From an uncultured bacterium (GTDB taxonomy: Bacteria > Lernaellota > Lernaellaia > Lernaellales > Lernaellaceae): DNA of 31,828 bases. Numbering within the stretch: position 1 is the first letter of the stretch; each line of letters begins with the position of its first letter. The DNA lies in NCBI GenBank assembly GCA_964534375.1, contig CAZHPN010000058.1, positions 1-31,828 of the forward strand. The letters are read 5' to 3'. The translations under genes and the position numbers were made by a program. A model generated the notes under the pieces. The model was not told where the DNA came from. It was given only the letters and a program-made list of their open reading frames with translations, and made no database searches. Shown piece after piece: positions 18,777-26,908 of this stretch.

Positions 18777-18846
18777 GCGGCGTCCCGTCTCCGCGGCGTC
18801 TTCCATCCGCTGGCCTTCGTTCGCAAGTTGTGTTTTGCTACGGTCC

Positions 18847-20067
18847 ATGCGCATCGCGTACTTAATTCACCAGAACCCGCGCGGCGGCTTGGGCGGCAGC
18901 GAGGTGTACGCCGGGCATCTGGCGCGGGCCGCCGTGCAGGCCGGACATCAGGCGCTGGTCGTCTGCCGCGGCGACGGTCGCGGCCAGCCGGTGCGGCGCG
19001 ACGAGCAGGACGGCGTCGCCTATTTCACGCTCGACGCCGACTCGCTCTGGACGTCCGGCGGGCGCTTCGCGCTGCGCGCCTCCTACGACAACCCGGTCGC
19101 GTTCGAGCGCGTCAAACGCCTGCTCGCGGAGTTCCGCACGGAGCGCCTGCACGTCCACCATTTCCTGATGACCAGCGCGCGGCTGGCGCTCTCGGCCGCC
19201 GAGCGCGGCATTCCGGTGACCGCGACGCTGCACGACTATTGGGCGTTTTGCCATCGGATCACCTGGCAGTTGCCCGACGACACCGCCTGCCCCGGGCCGC
19301 AACGCGGCCTGCGCTGCCGCCATTGCGGCAAGCCGGAATACAACCGCTTTCCCGGGCGGCTGCTGCAGCCGGCGCACGCCGCGGCGTTTTTTCAGCGCAA
19401 CGCCTTGCTGCGCCGCGCCTACGGCGTCATGCGCGGGGTCTTCGCGCCGAGCCAGGCCGTGCTCGACGCCCACCGGGCCAACGGCTTCGCCGAGGCCGCG
19501 CTGCACCTGCTGCCGTACGGCCTGCCGCTGGGCCGCCGGTTCGAGCGCGGCGCGCCGCGGTCGCCGCTGCGCGTCGGCTTCATCGGCCGCCTGGCGCCGG
19601 AAAAAGGCGTCGAGACGCTGATCCGCGCCGCGCGCCAGGGCCATCGCTTCGAGGCGCACATTCACGGCGGCGGCGACCCCGGTTACGAGGCGGGTCTGCG
19701 GCGCATCGCCGCCGGCGCGCCGGTCGTGTTTCACGGCGCGTTCGCGCACGCCGAACTCCATCGCGTGCTCGACGGTCTGGACGTCGTCGCCCTGCCCAGC
19801 CGCTGGCGCGAGAACCTGCCGCTGACGGCGCTCGAGGCGGCGCAGCGCGGCGTGCCGGTCGTCGCCGCGGCGCTCGGGGGCCTGCGCGAAATGCCAGCCT
19901 TGTGCGGCGTACGGCTGATCGAGGCCGACGCGTCCGAGGCGTGGGCCGCGGCGCTCGACGAACTCGCCGGCGAAGCCGTGTGGCGAAGCGCGCAACAGGG
20001 CATGCGCTACGAGCGCCGCATCGCCGACGACCTCGCCGCCCACCTCGAGGCCGGAGGCCGCGCCTGA
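18847..20067 (+). CDS. Glycosyltransferase family 4
   Basis: 406 aa. GGSEVY, TLHDYWAFC plus a Cys cluster, FIGRLAPEKG and ENLPLTALEA. Confidence 0.87.
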   Translation: MRIAYLIHQNPRGGLGGSEVYAGHLARAAVQAGHQALVVCRGDGRGQPVRRDEQDGVAYFTLDADSLWTSGGRFALRASYDNPVAFERVKRLLAEFRTERLHVHHFLMTSARLALSAAERGIPVTATLHDYWAFCHRITWQLPDDTACPGPQRGLRCRHCGKPEYNRFPGRLLQPAHAAAFFQRNALLRRAYGVMRGVFAPSQAVLDAHRANGFAEAALHLLPYGLPLGRRFERGAPRSPLRVGFIGRLAPEKGVETLIRAARQGHRFEAHIHGGGDPGYEAGLRRIAAGAPVVFHGAFAHAELHRVLDGLDVVALPSRWRENLPLTALEAAQRGVPVVAAALGGLREMPALCGVRLIEADASEAWAAALDELAGEAVWRSAQQGMRYERRIADDLAAHLEAGGRA

Positions 20068-20900
20068 TGCGCTATGTCGCCGCGATTCCGCTGCGCGACG
20101 GCGCGGCCACGATCGCTTACGTCGTGCGCGCCGCGCTCGCGCAGTCGCCCACGCCGACCCGCGTGCTCGTCTGCGACGACGGCAGCCGCGACGACGGCCC
20201 GCGCCGGGCGGCCGACGCCGGCGCAACTGTGCTCGCGCACGCGCGGCCGCGGGGGCTGGCCCTGGCCCGCAACACGTTGCTGGCCGCCGCGACGGAGGAG
20301 GTCATGATTTATTTCGACGCCGACGCCGTGCCGCGGCCGGGCTGCGCGGCGGCGTTATTGGCGGGGCTGCGCGAGTCGCGGGCCGTCGCGGCCGGCGGCC
20401 GGGGCGTGGAAGCCGCCGACGCGAGCTTTGCCGACCGCTGGCGCGCCGCGCACACGCCGCAGTCGCACGGCGACCGGCCGCTCGACGACGACTGGATGGC
20501 GATGGGCCTGTGCTGCGCTTTCCGCGTCGCGGCGCTGCGCGAGATCGGCGGCTTTGATCGGCGCTTCGAATCGTGCGGCGAGGACGTCGACATCTCGCTG
20601 CGGCTGCGCGCTGCGGGCGGACGCATAGCCTACCGGCCCGACGCGGTCGTCGACCACGCCCGCAGCGATTCGACGCTCGGCGTGCTGCGCCAGGCGTGGC
20701 GGCACAGCCGCGAAAGCGCCGCGGCGTTTCGGCGTCAAGGCCGGTCGCCGCTGTTTCTGGCCGGCCTGTTCTGGCGGGCGCTGGGGCCGTCGCTGGGCCG
20801 CGAACTCGTGCGGCTCGATGCGCCCGCGGCGCTGCTGACCGCGGCCAATCTGGCGGCGCGCCTGGCGGCGTTGCCGATCGGCGCGTTGCTCGCGCCGTGA
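20067..20900 (+). CDS. Glycosyltransferase family 2
   Basis: TGATG overlap; 277 aa. DDGSRD, ARN, FDAD (DxD) and GGFD...EDVDISLRL. Confidence 0.87.
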   Translation: MRYVAAIPLRDGAATIAYVVRAALAQSPTPTRVLVCDDGSRDDGPRRAADAGATVLAHARPRGLALARNTLLAAATEEVMIYFDADAVPRPGCAAALLAGLRESRAVAAGGRGVEAADASFADRWRAAHTPQSHGDRPLDDDWMAMGLCCAFRVAALREIGGFDRRFESCGEDVDISLRLRAAGGRIAYRPDAVVDHARSDSTLGVLRQAWRHSRESAAAFRRQGRSPLFLAGLFWRALGPSLGRELVRLDAPAALLTAANLAARLAALPIGALLAP

Positions 20901-20915
20901 TTTCGGCAATGTTTT

Positions 20916-20951
20916 GACAGGATTGACAGGATTCGCAGGATCGACAGCATC
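20916..20951. repeat. Degenerate 9-bp tandem repeat (GACAGGATT)x4
   Basis: GACAGGATT GACAGGATT CGCAGGATC GACAGCATC in the intergenic gap before proC. Confidence 0.7.
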
Positions 20952-20969
20952 AACCGAGGAGGGACGAAG

Positions 20970-21794
20970 GTGAACCGGAAAAAGATTGGCATCATCGGCG
21001 CGGGGAACATGGGCGAGGTGCTGGTGCGCGGCCTGTTGGCGGCGCACACGGTCGATCCGAAGCACGTGCGCGCGACCGAACCGAACGAAGAGCGCCGCGC
21101 GTTTATCGCGAGCACCTACGGCATCGCGGTGATCGACGACAATTCCGCCCTGGCGAAATGGTGCGAAATCCTCGTGCTCGCGGTGAAGCCGCAGAACATC
21201 GACAAGGTGCTGCTCGGTCTGCGCGAGGTCATCGACGAGCGCCTGCTGATCGTCTCGATCGCCGCGGGCGTCACCACCGAGTTCATCGCCTCGCTCTTCC
21301 CCGACCGCGAACTGCGCATCATCCGCGTCATGCCCAACGCGCCCGCACTCGTGCTGGCCGGGGCCAGCGCGCTCTATCCGGGCCGGTTCGCCACCGAGGT
21401 AGATTTGGATCTGGCGCGCAAAATCTTCGAGACCACGGGCAAGACCGTCGTGCTCAACAACGAGGCGCTGATGGACGTGGTGACCGGCCTCTCCGGTTCC
21501 GGCCCGGCGTTCGTCTTCATGATGATCGAGGCCCTCTCCGACGCCGGCGTGCAGATGGGCCTGCCGCGCAAGATCAGCAACCTGCTGGCGGCGCAGACGG
21601 TCTACGGCGCGGGCAAGATGTTCCTCGAAACCGGCCGCCACGCCGGCGAACTGCGCGACCTGGTGGCGACGCCCGGCGGCACGACCTTCGCCGGCCTCAA
21701 GGCGCTGGAAGCCGGCACGTTCCGCAGCACGGTGATGGACGCGGTCGAGGCCGCGGCGAACAAGAGCGCCGAATTGGGGAAACGAAAAGCGTGA
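20970..21794 (+). CDS. proC: Pyrroline-5-carboxylate reductase
   Basis: GTG start with RBS GAGGAGG. IGAGNMG, LAVKPQ, SIAAGV, RVMPN, TGLSGSGPA and TPGGTT. Confidence 0.96.
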   Translation: MNRKKIGIIGAGNMGEVLVRGLLAAHTVDPKHVRATEPNEERRAFIASTYGIAVIDDNSALAKWCEILVLAVKPQNIDKVLLGLREVIDERLLIVSIAAGVTTEFIASLFPDRELRIIRVMPNAPALVLAGASALYPGRFATEVDLDLARKIFETTGKTVVLNNEALMDVVTGLSGSGPAFVFMMIEALSDAGVQMGLPRKISNLLAAQTVYGAGKMFLETGRHAGELRDLVATPGGTTFAGLKALEAGTFRSTVMDAVEAAANKSAELGKRKA

Positions 21795-21804
21795 TGCGAA
21801 TGTC

Positions 21805-21875
21805 AACCACAGAGGCACAGAGGTCGCAGAGATTTAATTGAATTTTTTCTCTGTGTTCTCTGTGGCTCTGTGGTT
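21805..21875. repeat. Long imperfect inverted repeat built from CACAGAG units (REP-like; possible bidirectional terminator)
   Basis: 28-bp arms (21805-21832 and 21848-21875) match at 24 of 28 positions around a 15-nt AT-rich loop. It lies between the convergent proC and parA genes. Confidence 0.85.
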
Positions 21876-21885
21876 AAAAGTCGAA

Positions 21886-22710
21886 TCAAATCGTCTCGAC
21901 CGCGGCTTCCGCCGGGTGCGCGGCTTGCGTCTCCAGTTCCTTCTTGCGTTTGGCCAGGACTTCCTTCGCCAACTGCAAATAGGCCTTTGCGACTTCGGCG
22001 TCCGGGTCCTGCGTGACGATCGGCCGGCCGACCGCGAAGGCGCTGGAGAATTCTTCCATGCGCGGAATGACGTTGCGGAAGACGACTTCCTCGGGGAACG
22101 ACGCCCACACCTGCTGGCAGACTTCGCGGGCGATGCGGAAGTTCTCGTCGTACATGGTCATCAGCAGGCCTTCGATGACCAGTTCCGGGTTGATCTGGCG
22201 GCGCACCTTGCGGATGATTTTCAGGATCTGCGTCAGCGTCTTGAGCGACAACGGCTCGCACTGCATCGGCACCAGCACGCTGTCGGCCGCCGACAGGGCG
22301 TAAATCGTCAGGTCGCCCATGCCCGGCGGGCAGTCGATGATGATGAAGTCGCAGCTCTTGCGCAGCGCATTGACGTATTTCTTGAGCAGCGGCGCGCTGC
22401 CCTTTTGGCGCACGAATTTCTCGAATTCGTCGGTCAGGGTGCCCTTGCCGTAGGGAATCGCCTTCAGGAACGACAACATCGTGCCCTGGATGACTTCGCC
22501 GAGCTTTTTCCGGCCGAGGAACACGTCGTACAGGCCGGCTTCCATTTGCTGGCGCGACAGGCCCAGGCCGAAGCTGACGGCGTTCTGCTCGTCGAGGTCG
22601 AGCACGAGCGTCCGTTGCTTGAGGACCGCCAGACTGGCGGCCAGATTGACGGTCGTGGTCGTCTTGCCGACGCCGCCCTTTTGACTGGCAATGGCGATCA
22701 CCTTGCCCAT
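21886..22710 (-). CDS. Orphan ParA/Soj-family ATPase
   Basis: QKGGVGKTTT deviant Walker A, DLDEQ, IDCPP and PMQCE. No parB lies on either side. Confidence 0.9.
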   Translation of the reverse strand: MGKVIAIASQKGGVGKTTTTVNLAASLAVLKQRTLVLDLDEQNAVSFGLGLSRQQMEAGLYDVFLGRKKLGEVIQGTMLSFLKAIPYGKGTLTDEFEKFVRQKGSAPLLKKYVNALRKSCDFIIIDCPPGMGDLTIYALSAADSVLVPMQCEPLSLKTLTQILKIIRKVRRQINPELVIEGLLMTMYDENFRIAREVCQQVWASFPEEVVFRNVIPRMEEFSSAFAVGRPIVTQDPDAEVAKAYLQLAKEVLAKRKKELETQAAHPAEAAVETI

Positions 22711-22919
22711 GCTTGACTCCCTAAGCTTTTCCCGACTTCGCAGTAAACGGCCGGCCCGATGTTCAACTTCGTGAAACGCACCGCGTCAGCAAAAATACGG
22801 CCCGGCCGAAACCTAGCAATTTTGGTTAACATAGCCGGATCGCTTTCGCCGCACAAGGGCGTCTCGAGGGGCCGGACCGGCGTCGCGAAAGTGGTTTTTT
22901 GATTTTCCTCTTGTTTTTT

Positions 22920-23100
22920 TCACTGACGCGGCAACTGGTCGAAATCGGCGAGCGTCTGGCGGATCTCGACCGGGGCGTCGGCGAGGACAAAGAAGCTTCG
23001 CGCGCGAAGTCCGGATCGAGAAAGACCATGAGGTAACGCCACTGCGCGCTGGATGTCTTTGTCGGCTCCGGCGCCGTCGAGGGCGGTTGCAAAGCCATGA
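22920..23100 (-). pseudogene. Possible frameshifted 3' remnant of an unknown gene
   Basis: GC3-rich codon runs alternate between two minus frames (GFATALDGAGADKDIQR / WRYLMVFLDPDFAR / SFFVLADAPVEIRQTLADFDQLPRQ-stop). Confidence 0.25.
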
Positions 23101-23197
23101 TCGGTCAACGACTCAACCGCTCCGGAGTCGTTCGCGCCATTCATCGGCCGCAATCACGACGAATCGTCGGGCGAACGGGAAGGGGCGCCGAGCCTTT

Positions 23198-24805
23198 TCA
23201 ACCTCCCGCGAACTCGGGCGCGAGCGGCTCGGTCACCGGGAAAAGCGAATCGAAGATCCGCCCGGCGATCAACGCATATCCGAGCCGCGAAGGATGCATG
23301 TACTCGTAGAAAATCAGCCGTTGCGGCGTTTCATCCATCAGCGTGCGCAGAGAAATCAGGCTTCCTCCGTGTTCCTGGACGACGCGCGCCTGCGCTTGCT
23401 GCCACGCCAGCAAGGGATCGCCGTCAAAGTAAAATCGATCCATTTGGGGCTCGACTACAATGACGCGGGCGCCCGCCGCACGACCGGCGTCGATGGCGGC
23501 GGCGAGGCTCTTGAGAAACGCCGCCAACCCGGCCGGCCGCTCGCGAGACCGGTAACGCCGGAAACCCAACATGTGCGCCACGCTTTCGAGCGCCCGGTCC
23601 TTGTAATACTCGTTGAATAGATTGTCGATGATGACCACGTCGGGTCGTGCGGCGGCCAGGAATTCCGCGACAAAGGGCGGGAAGTTGTTTTCCATATAGT
23701 TGCCGTTGAAAGCGAGATTCACGACCTGGAATCGCGGCCCCGAAGCGGCAAAACGCTGGTCGAGCATGGCGCCCAACCTCGTCGGCCAGTCGAAATTTCC
23801 CGATTCGTACGGAAAACCGTAGCTGGTCGACCCGCCGAATACGAGGATGCGCCGGACAGCGGGGTCCATATTTACGGGGATGATTTTCCCGCCGCGCCGC
23901 AGCACCGGATGCGCCAGGAACGACGCCGCGTCGAATCGATTTTCTTTCACGTGTCTCCCATACCATGTAGCGTCGAGGTTCTTCCGTCTGTTGTGTTCCC
24001 ATACGTTGACCAGGATTACAGCGCCCAGGATTGCGACAAACAACCAGGATGGATAGGTAAGCAGAAACCGGCCGAGCCAAATCCACGGCCTTTTTCGGAA
24101 ACGAGCGACGGATCGTCGAAGAAACCGGTCCAGCAATATGAGCAGGACGATCGCGGCGGCGCCGCCGCCGATGGCCAACAGGTTTTGCCGCCGGGCCGAT
24201 AGACTGGCCGTGATGTGAACCGAACCGTCGGCGTCGCGCCAAATCACGCGACAAGAATCGACGGCCCATAACGGCGGGGCGAATGGATAAAACATGTTGG
24301 CGGGGTACATGGCAAAATCGAGCGCGGTATTCTCGTCGCGAGCGGGGATGGCGAGGCTTCTCGCTCCGTTCACGTCGACCTGCACCTGGCCGTCCTGGAA
24401 GCGAATGACCACCTCGCGGGGAGCGGAACTCGAGCGGTCGGGAAAGGCAATGGTTTCGGACGGCCACCCGTTGTCAAAACGAAGAAACGCGGACGGCAAA
24501 TCCGTGAGGCTGCTCAGGCGCAACGCGCTGAACGGGCGATCGAGTTGTCGATAGCCTAGTACGACGTACACGCTGCGAGCCTGGTCGCTAGGAACGAACC
24601 TGAACCGAATCTCCTGCAGGCGACCATCGAAGGCGACCCCTTCCATCGTGGTGTTCAGTCTCTCGGCAAGGGGAAGTCGACGATCGAAGAATATGCGATC
24701 GAGCCGATTGGCGAGCGACGCCCAAACAACCGCGCCGACGAAAATCGCCGTCAGAGCAAAACACACGGATCGCCCGTCGATTGCGGGGGAAAAGCCGTTT
24801 TTCAT
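23198..24805 (-). CDS. Membrane-bound SGNH/GDSL hydrolase-family protein
   Basis: 535 aa from MKNGF. An N-terminal TM, a probable beta-rich domain and two TMs precede the SGNH blocks VFGGSTSYG, NLAFNG, DNLFNE and EYMHPS. GC is lower than in the flanks. Confidence 0.7.
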   Translation of the reverse strand: MKNGFSPAIDGRSVCFALTAIFVGAVVWASLANRLDRIFFDRRLPLAERLNTTMEGVAFDGRLQEIRFRFVPSDQARSVYVVLGYRQLDRPFSALRLSSLTDLPSAFLRFDNGWPSETIAFPDRSSSAPREVVIRFQDGQVQVDVNGARSLAIPARDENTALDFAMYPANMFYPFAPPLWAVDSCRVIWRDADGSVHITASLSARRQNLLAIGGGAAAIVLLILLDRFLRRSVARFRKRPWIWLGRFLLTYPSWLFVAILGAVILVNVWEHNRRKNLDATWYGRHVKENRFDAASFLAHPVLRRGGKIIPVNMDPAVRRILVFGGSTSYGFPYESGNFDWPTRLGAMLDQRFAASGPRFQVVNLAFNGNYMENNFPPFVAEFLAAARPDVVIIDNLFNEYYKDRALESVAHMLGFRRYRSRERPAGLAAFLKSLAAAIDAGRAAGARVIVVEPQMDRFYFDGDPLLAWQQAQARVVQEHGGSLISLRTLMDETPQRLIFYEYMHPSRLGYALIAGRIFDSLFPVTEPLAPEFAGG

Positions 24806-25042
24806 TGCTTCGCCACGTATGCCTTTTGCACGCGTCCCGGTTCGGTCTCGCGCAGTGTGGAATCGTGGGCGGAAAAGTGCAACTGTCGCCGCTGAGCCCT
24901 GCCCAATGACGTTCGTCCACTTGCTTCCTGAGATCATTCGTGGCATTTTGCCGGGCGCTTTCCGGTGAGGCGCCGACCCGACGCGCGCTCGATGCAGGAT
25001 GACTCGCCAGAGAGAAAACCAGAGCGAGGAGAGTCAACGAAA

Positions 25043-26125
25043 ATGGACCCCTTTCAGCCAAAATTTCTGGCGACCGGCATCGGCAGCGTGCCCTTTATCG
25101 AGGCGGAACGCGGCGTCGATTTCGCACTCGGTCACCTGCCCGACGCGCCGTTTTGGCCGCAACTGCCGCAGCGCGATCTGACCGAACATTTGGAAATCCA
25201 ATTCACGGAGGGCATGCCGCGCGTCGTCATCGACCGCGATAAAGGACGCGTGCACTTCGACACAGCCGGCGATTACTCCGAGGACTTCGCGGCTTTTTAC
25301 GAGACGTATCTGGCGGCGATGGACCCCGAGTCCGGCTCCGGCGATTGTTCGGCCGCGGCGATCAGCCCCGCGTACGCCGCCGGCATCGACGCCCTGGAAA
25401 ACCGCCTGTCGCGCAGCGGCGGCCGCCGGCCGTTCGTCAAGGTCCAAGTCACCGGCCCGTGCAGCCTCGCGCTGACCGTCACCGACGAAAACAAGCGCGC
25501 CATCTATTACAACGATGAGTTCCGCGACGTCATCGTCAAAGCCCTCGCCATGAAATGCCGCTGGCAGATCCAAAAATTTCGCCGCCACGCCGGCCGCGTG
25601 ATCTGCTTCATCGACGAGCCGATCCTCGCCGCCTTCGGCAGTTCGACCTACGTCGCCGTCCGGCGCGAAGACATGGTGGCCCTGCTCGCCGAAGTGGTGG
25701 ACGCCGCGCACGCCGACGGGGCCTTGGCCGGGATTCATTGTTGCGGCAACACGGAGTGGAGCATTCCCATCGACGCCGGCGCGGATATCGTCAATTTCGA
25801 CGCCTTCGGATTCGGCGACACCATCGTGATGTACGCCGGCGCCGTGAAGGCGCATCTGGAACGCGGCGGCTGCCTCGCCTGGGGCATCGTGCCGACCTCG
25901 ACGGCCATCCGCGAACAGACCGTCGACAGCCTCGCGGCCAACTTCGAGGCGGCGATGGACCGCCTGGCCGCGAAGGGCATCGACAAACGCCTCATCGCGG
26001 AACAGGCCCTGCTCACGCCCGCCTGCGGCGTCGGGACGTTATCGCCCGCCGACGCCGACAAGGTTCTGACGCTCACCGCGGCCCTCTCGCGCGCCATGCG
26101 GAGCAAATACGGATTCGGCGGATGA
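25043..26125 (+). CDS. Core-MetE (MesB-like) folate-independent, methylcorrinoid-dependent methionine synthase
   Basis: RBS GAGGAG; 360 aa single barrel. TGIGSVP, WPQLP, KVQVTGP, FIDEP, GIHCCG and TPACG include the putative Zn ligands. Confidence 0.72.
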   Translation: MDPFQPKFLATGIGSVPFIEAERGVDFALGHLPDAPFWPQLPQRDLTEHLEIQFTEGMPRVVIDRDKGRVHFDTAGDYSEDFAAFYETYLAAMDPESGSGDCSAAAISPAYAAGIDALENRLSRSGGRRPFVKVQVTGPCSLALTVTDENKRAIYYNDEFRDVIVKALAMKCRWQIQKFRRHAGRVICFIDEPILAAFGSSTYVAVRREDMVALLAEVVDAAHADGALAGIHCCGNTEWSIPIDAGADIVNFDAFGFGDTIVMYAGAVKAHLERGGCLAWGIVPTSTAIREQTVDSLAANFEAAMDRLAAKGIDKRLIAEQALLTPACGVGTLSPADADKVLTLTAALSRAMRSKYGFGG

Positions 26126-26904
26126 AGCTGGCGATCTCCGGCAAGGGCGGGGTAGGCAAATCGACGCTGGCCGCGGCCCTGGCGCTGCTGCTGGCGCGCC
26201 GCGGCCGCCCGGTGCTCGCCGTCGACGCCGATCCCGACGCCAATCTGGCCGGCTTTCTCGGCCTGCCCGCCGAGGCGCTGGCGCGGATCGCGCCGATCTC
26301 GCAGCAGGCGGCGCTGATCGAGGAGCGCACCGGCGCGAAGGTCAAACACTACGGCCAGATTTTCAAACTCAACCCCGAGGTCGCCGATCTCGCCGAGCGT
26401 TTCGCCGTGACGCACCAGGGCGTTTCGCTGCTGGTGCTCGGCGCCGTCAAACGCGGCGGCGGCGGCTGCGCGTGTCCGGAAAGCGTGCTGCTGCGCGCCC
26501 TGGTGACCGACCTGACGCTCTACCAAGACGAAACGCTGATCATGGACATGGAGGCCGGGATCGAGCATTTGGGGCGCGGCACGGCGCGCGGCGTCGATGC
26601 GCTGCTCATCGTCTTCGAGCCGGGCCAGCGTTCCGTCGAAAGCGCCGCGACCATCCTGCGCCTGGCTGGCGAACTGGGCCTGAAGAACATCCAACTGGTC
26701 GCCAACAAGGTCGCCGGTCCGGAGGACGAAAAGTTCGTCCGCGCGGCGTTTCCCGGGCAGCCTTTGCTCGGCGTCATTCCGTTCTCGCCGGAACTGCGCG
26801 CGACCGACCGCCCGGGGCGCTCCGTGCTCGACGGCCTGAACCCGGCGAGCACCGCCGCGTTCGAGGCCGTGCTGCGGCGCCTCGAAACGCCGGAGGCGTC
26901 GTAA
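26122..26904 (+). CDS. cooC: CO dehydrogenase nickel-insertion ATPase CooC
   Basis: ATGA overlap; 260 aa. SGKGGVGKS, DADPDANL, GGGCAC and DMEAGIEHLGRG. Confidence 0.9.
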   Translation: MKLAISGKGGVGKSTLAAALALLLARRGRPVLAVDADPDANLAGFLGLPAEALARIAPISQQAALIEERTGAKVKHYGQIFKLNPEVADLAERFAVTHQGVSLLVLGAVKRGGGGCACPESVLLRALVTDLTLYQDETLIMDMEAGIEHLGRGTARGVDALLIVFEPGQRSVESAATILRLAGELGLKNIQLVANKVAGPEDEKFVRAAFPGQPLLGVIPFSPELRATDRPGRSVLDGLNPASTAAFEAVLRRLETPEAS

Positions 26905-26908
26905 CCCC

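Noticed and set aside
15823..18781. Diversity-generating retroelement TR/VR pair
   Set aside because: Mismatches are not adenine-specific (5 of 11 at A in the 5' block of copy A), both copies are coding, and no reverse transcriptase is in the window.
20916..21875. CRISPR array
   Set aside because: The units are 8-9 bp with no unique spacers, and there are no cas genes.
21801..21880. Integron attC site (AAC...GTT-bounded hairpin)
   Set aside because: The ends fit RYYYAAC/GTTRRRY poorly, the arms are equal in length with no extrahelical bases, the flanks are convergent housekeeping-type genes, and there is no integrase.
21838..22716. 292-aa plus-strand ORF
   Set aside because: It is the antisense shadow of the parA gene.
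22761..23960. parS-like half sites (CGTGAAAC near 22770; TTTCACGTG near 23945)
   Set aside because: These only partly match TGTTTCACGTGAAACA, are not palindromic, and no parB is present.
24806..25042. Cobalamin or SAM riboswitch, or sigma-54 promoter, upstream of the MesB-like gene
   Set aside because: Only isolated words (GCAACTGT; TGG-N10-GC at 24866-24881) occur, with wrong spacing or poor consensus. An Infernal/Rfam scan would be needed to revive the idea.
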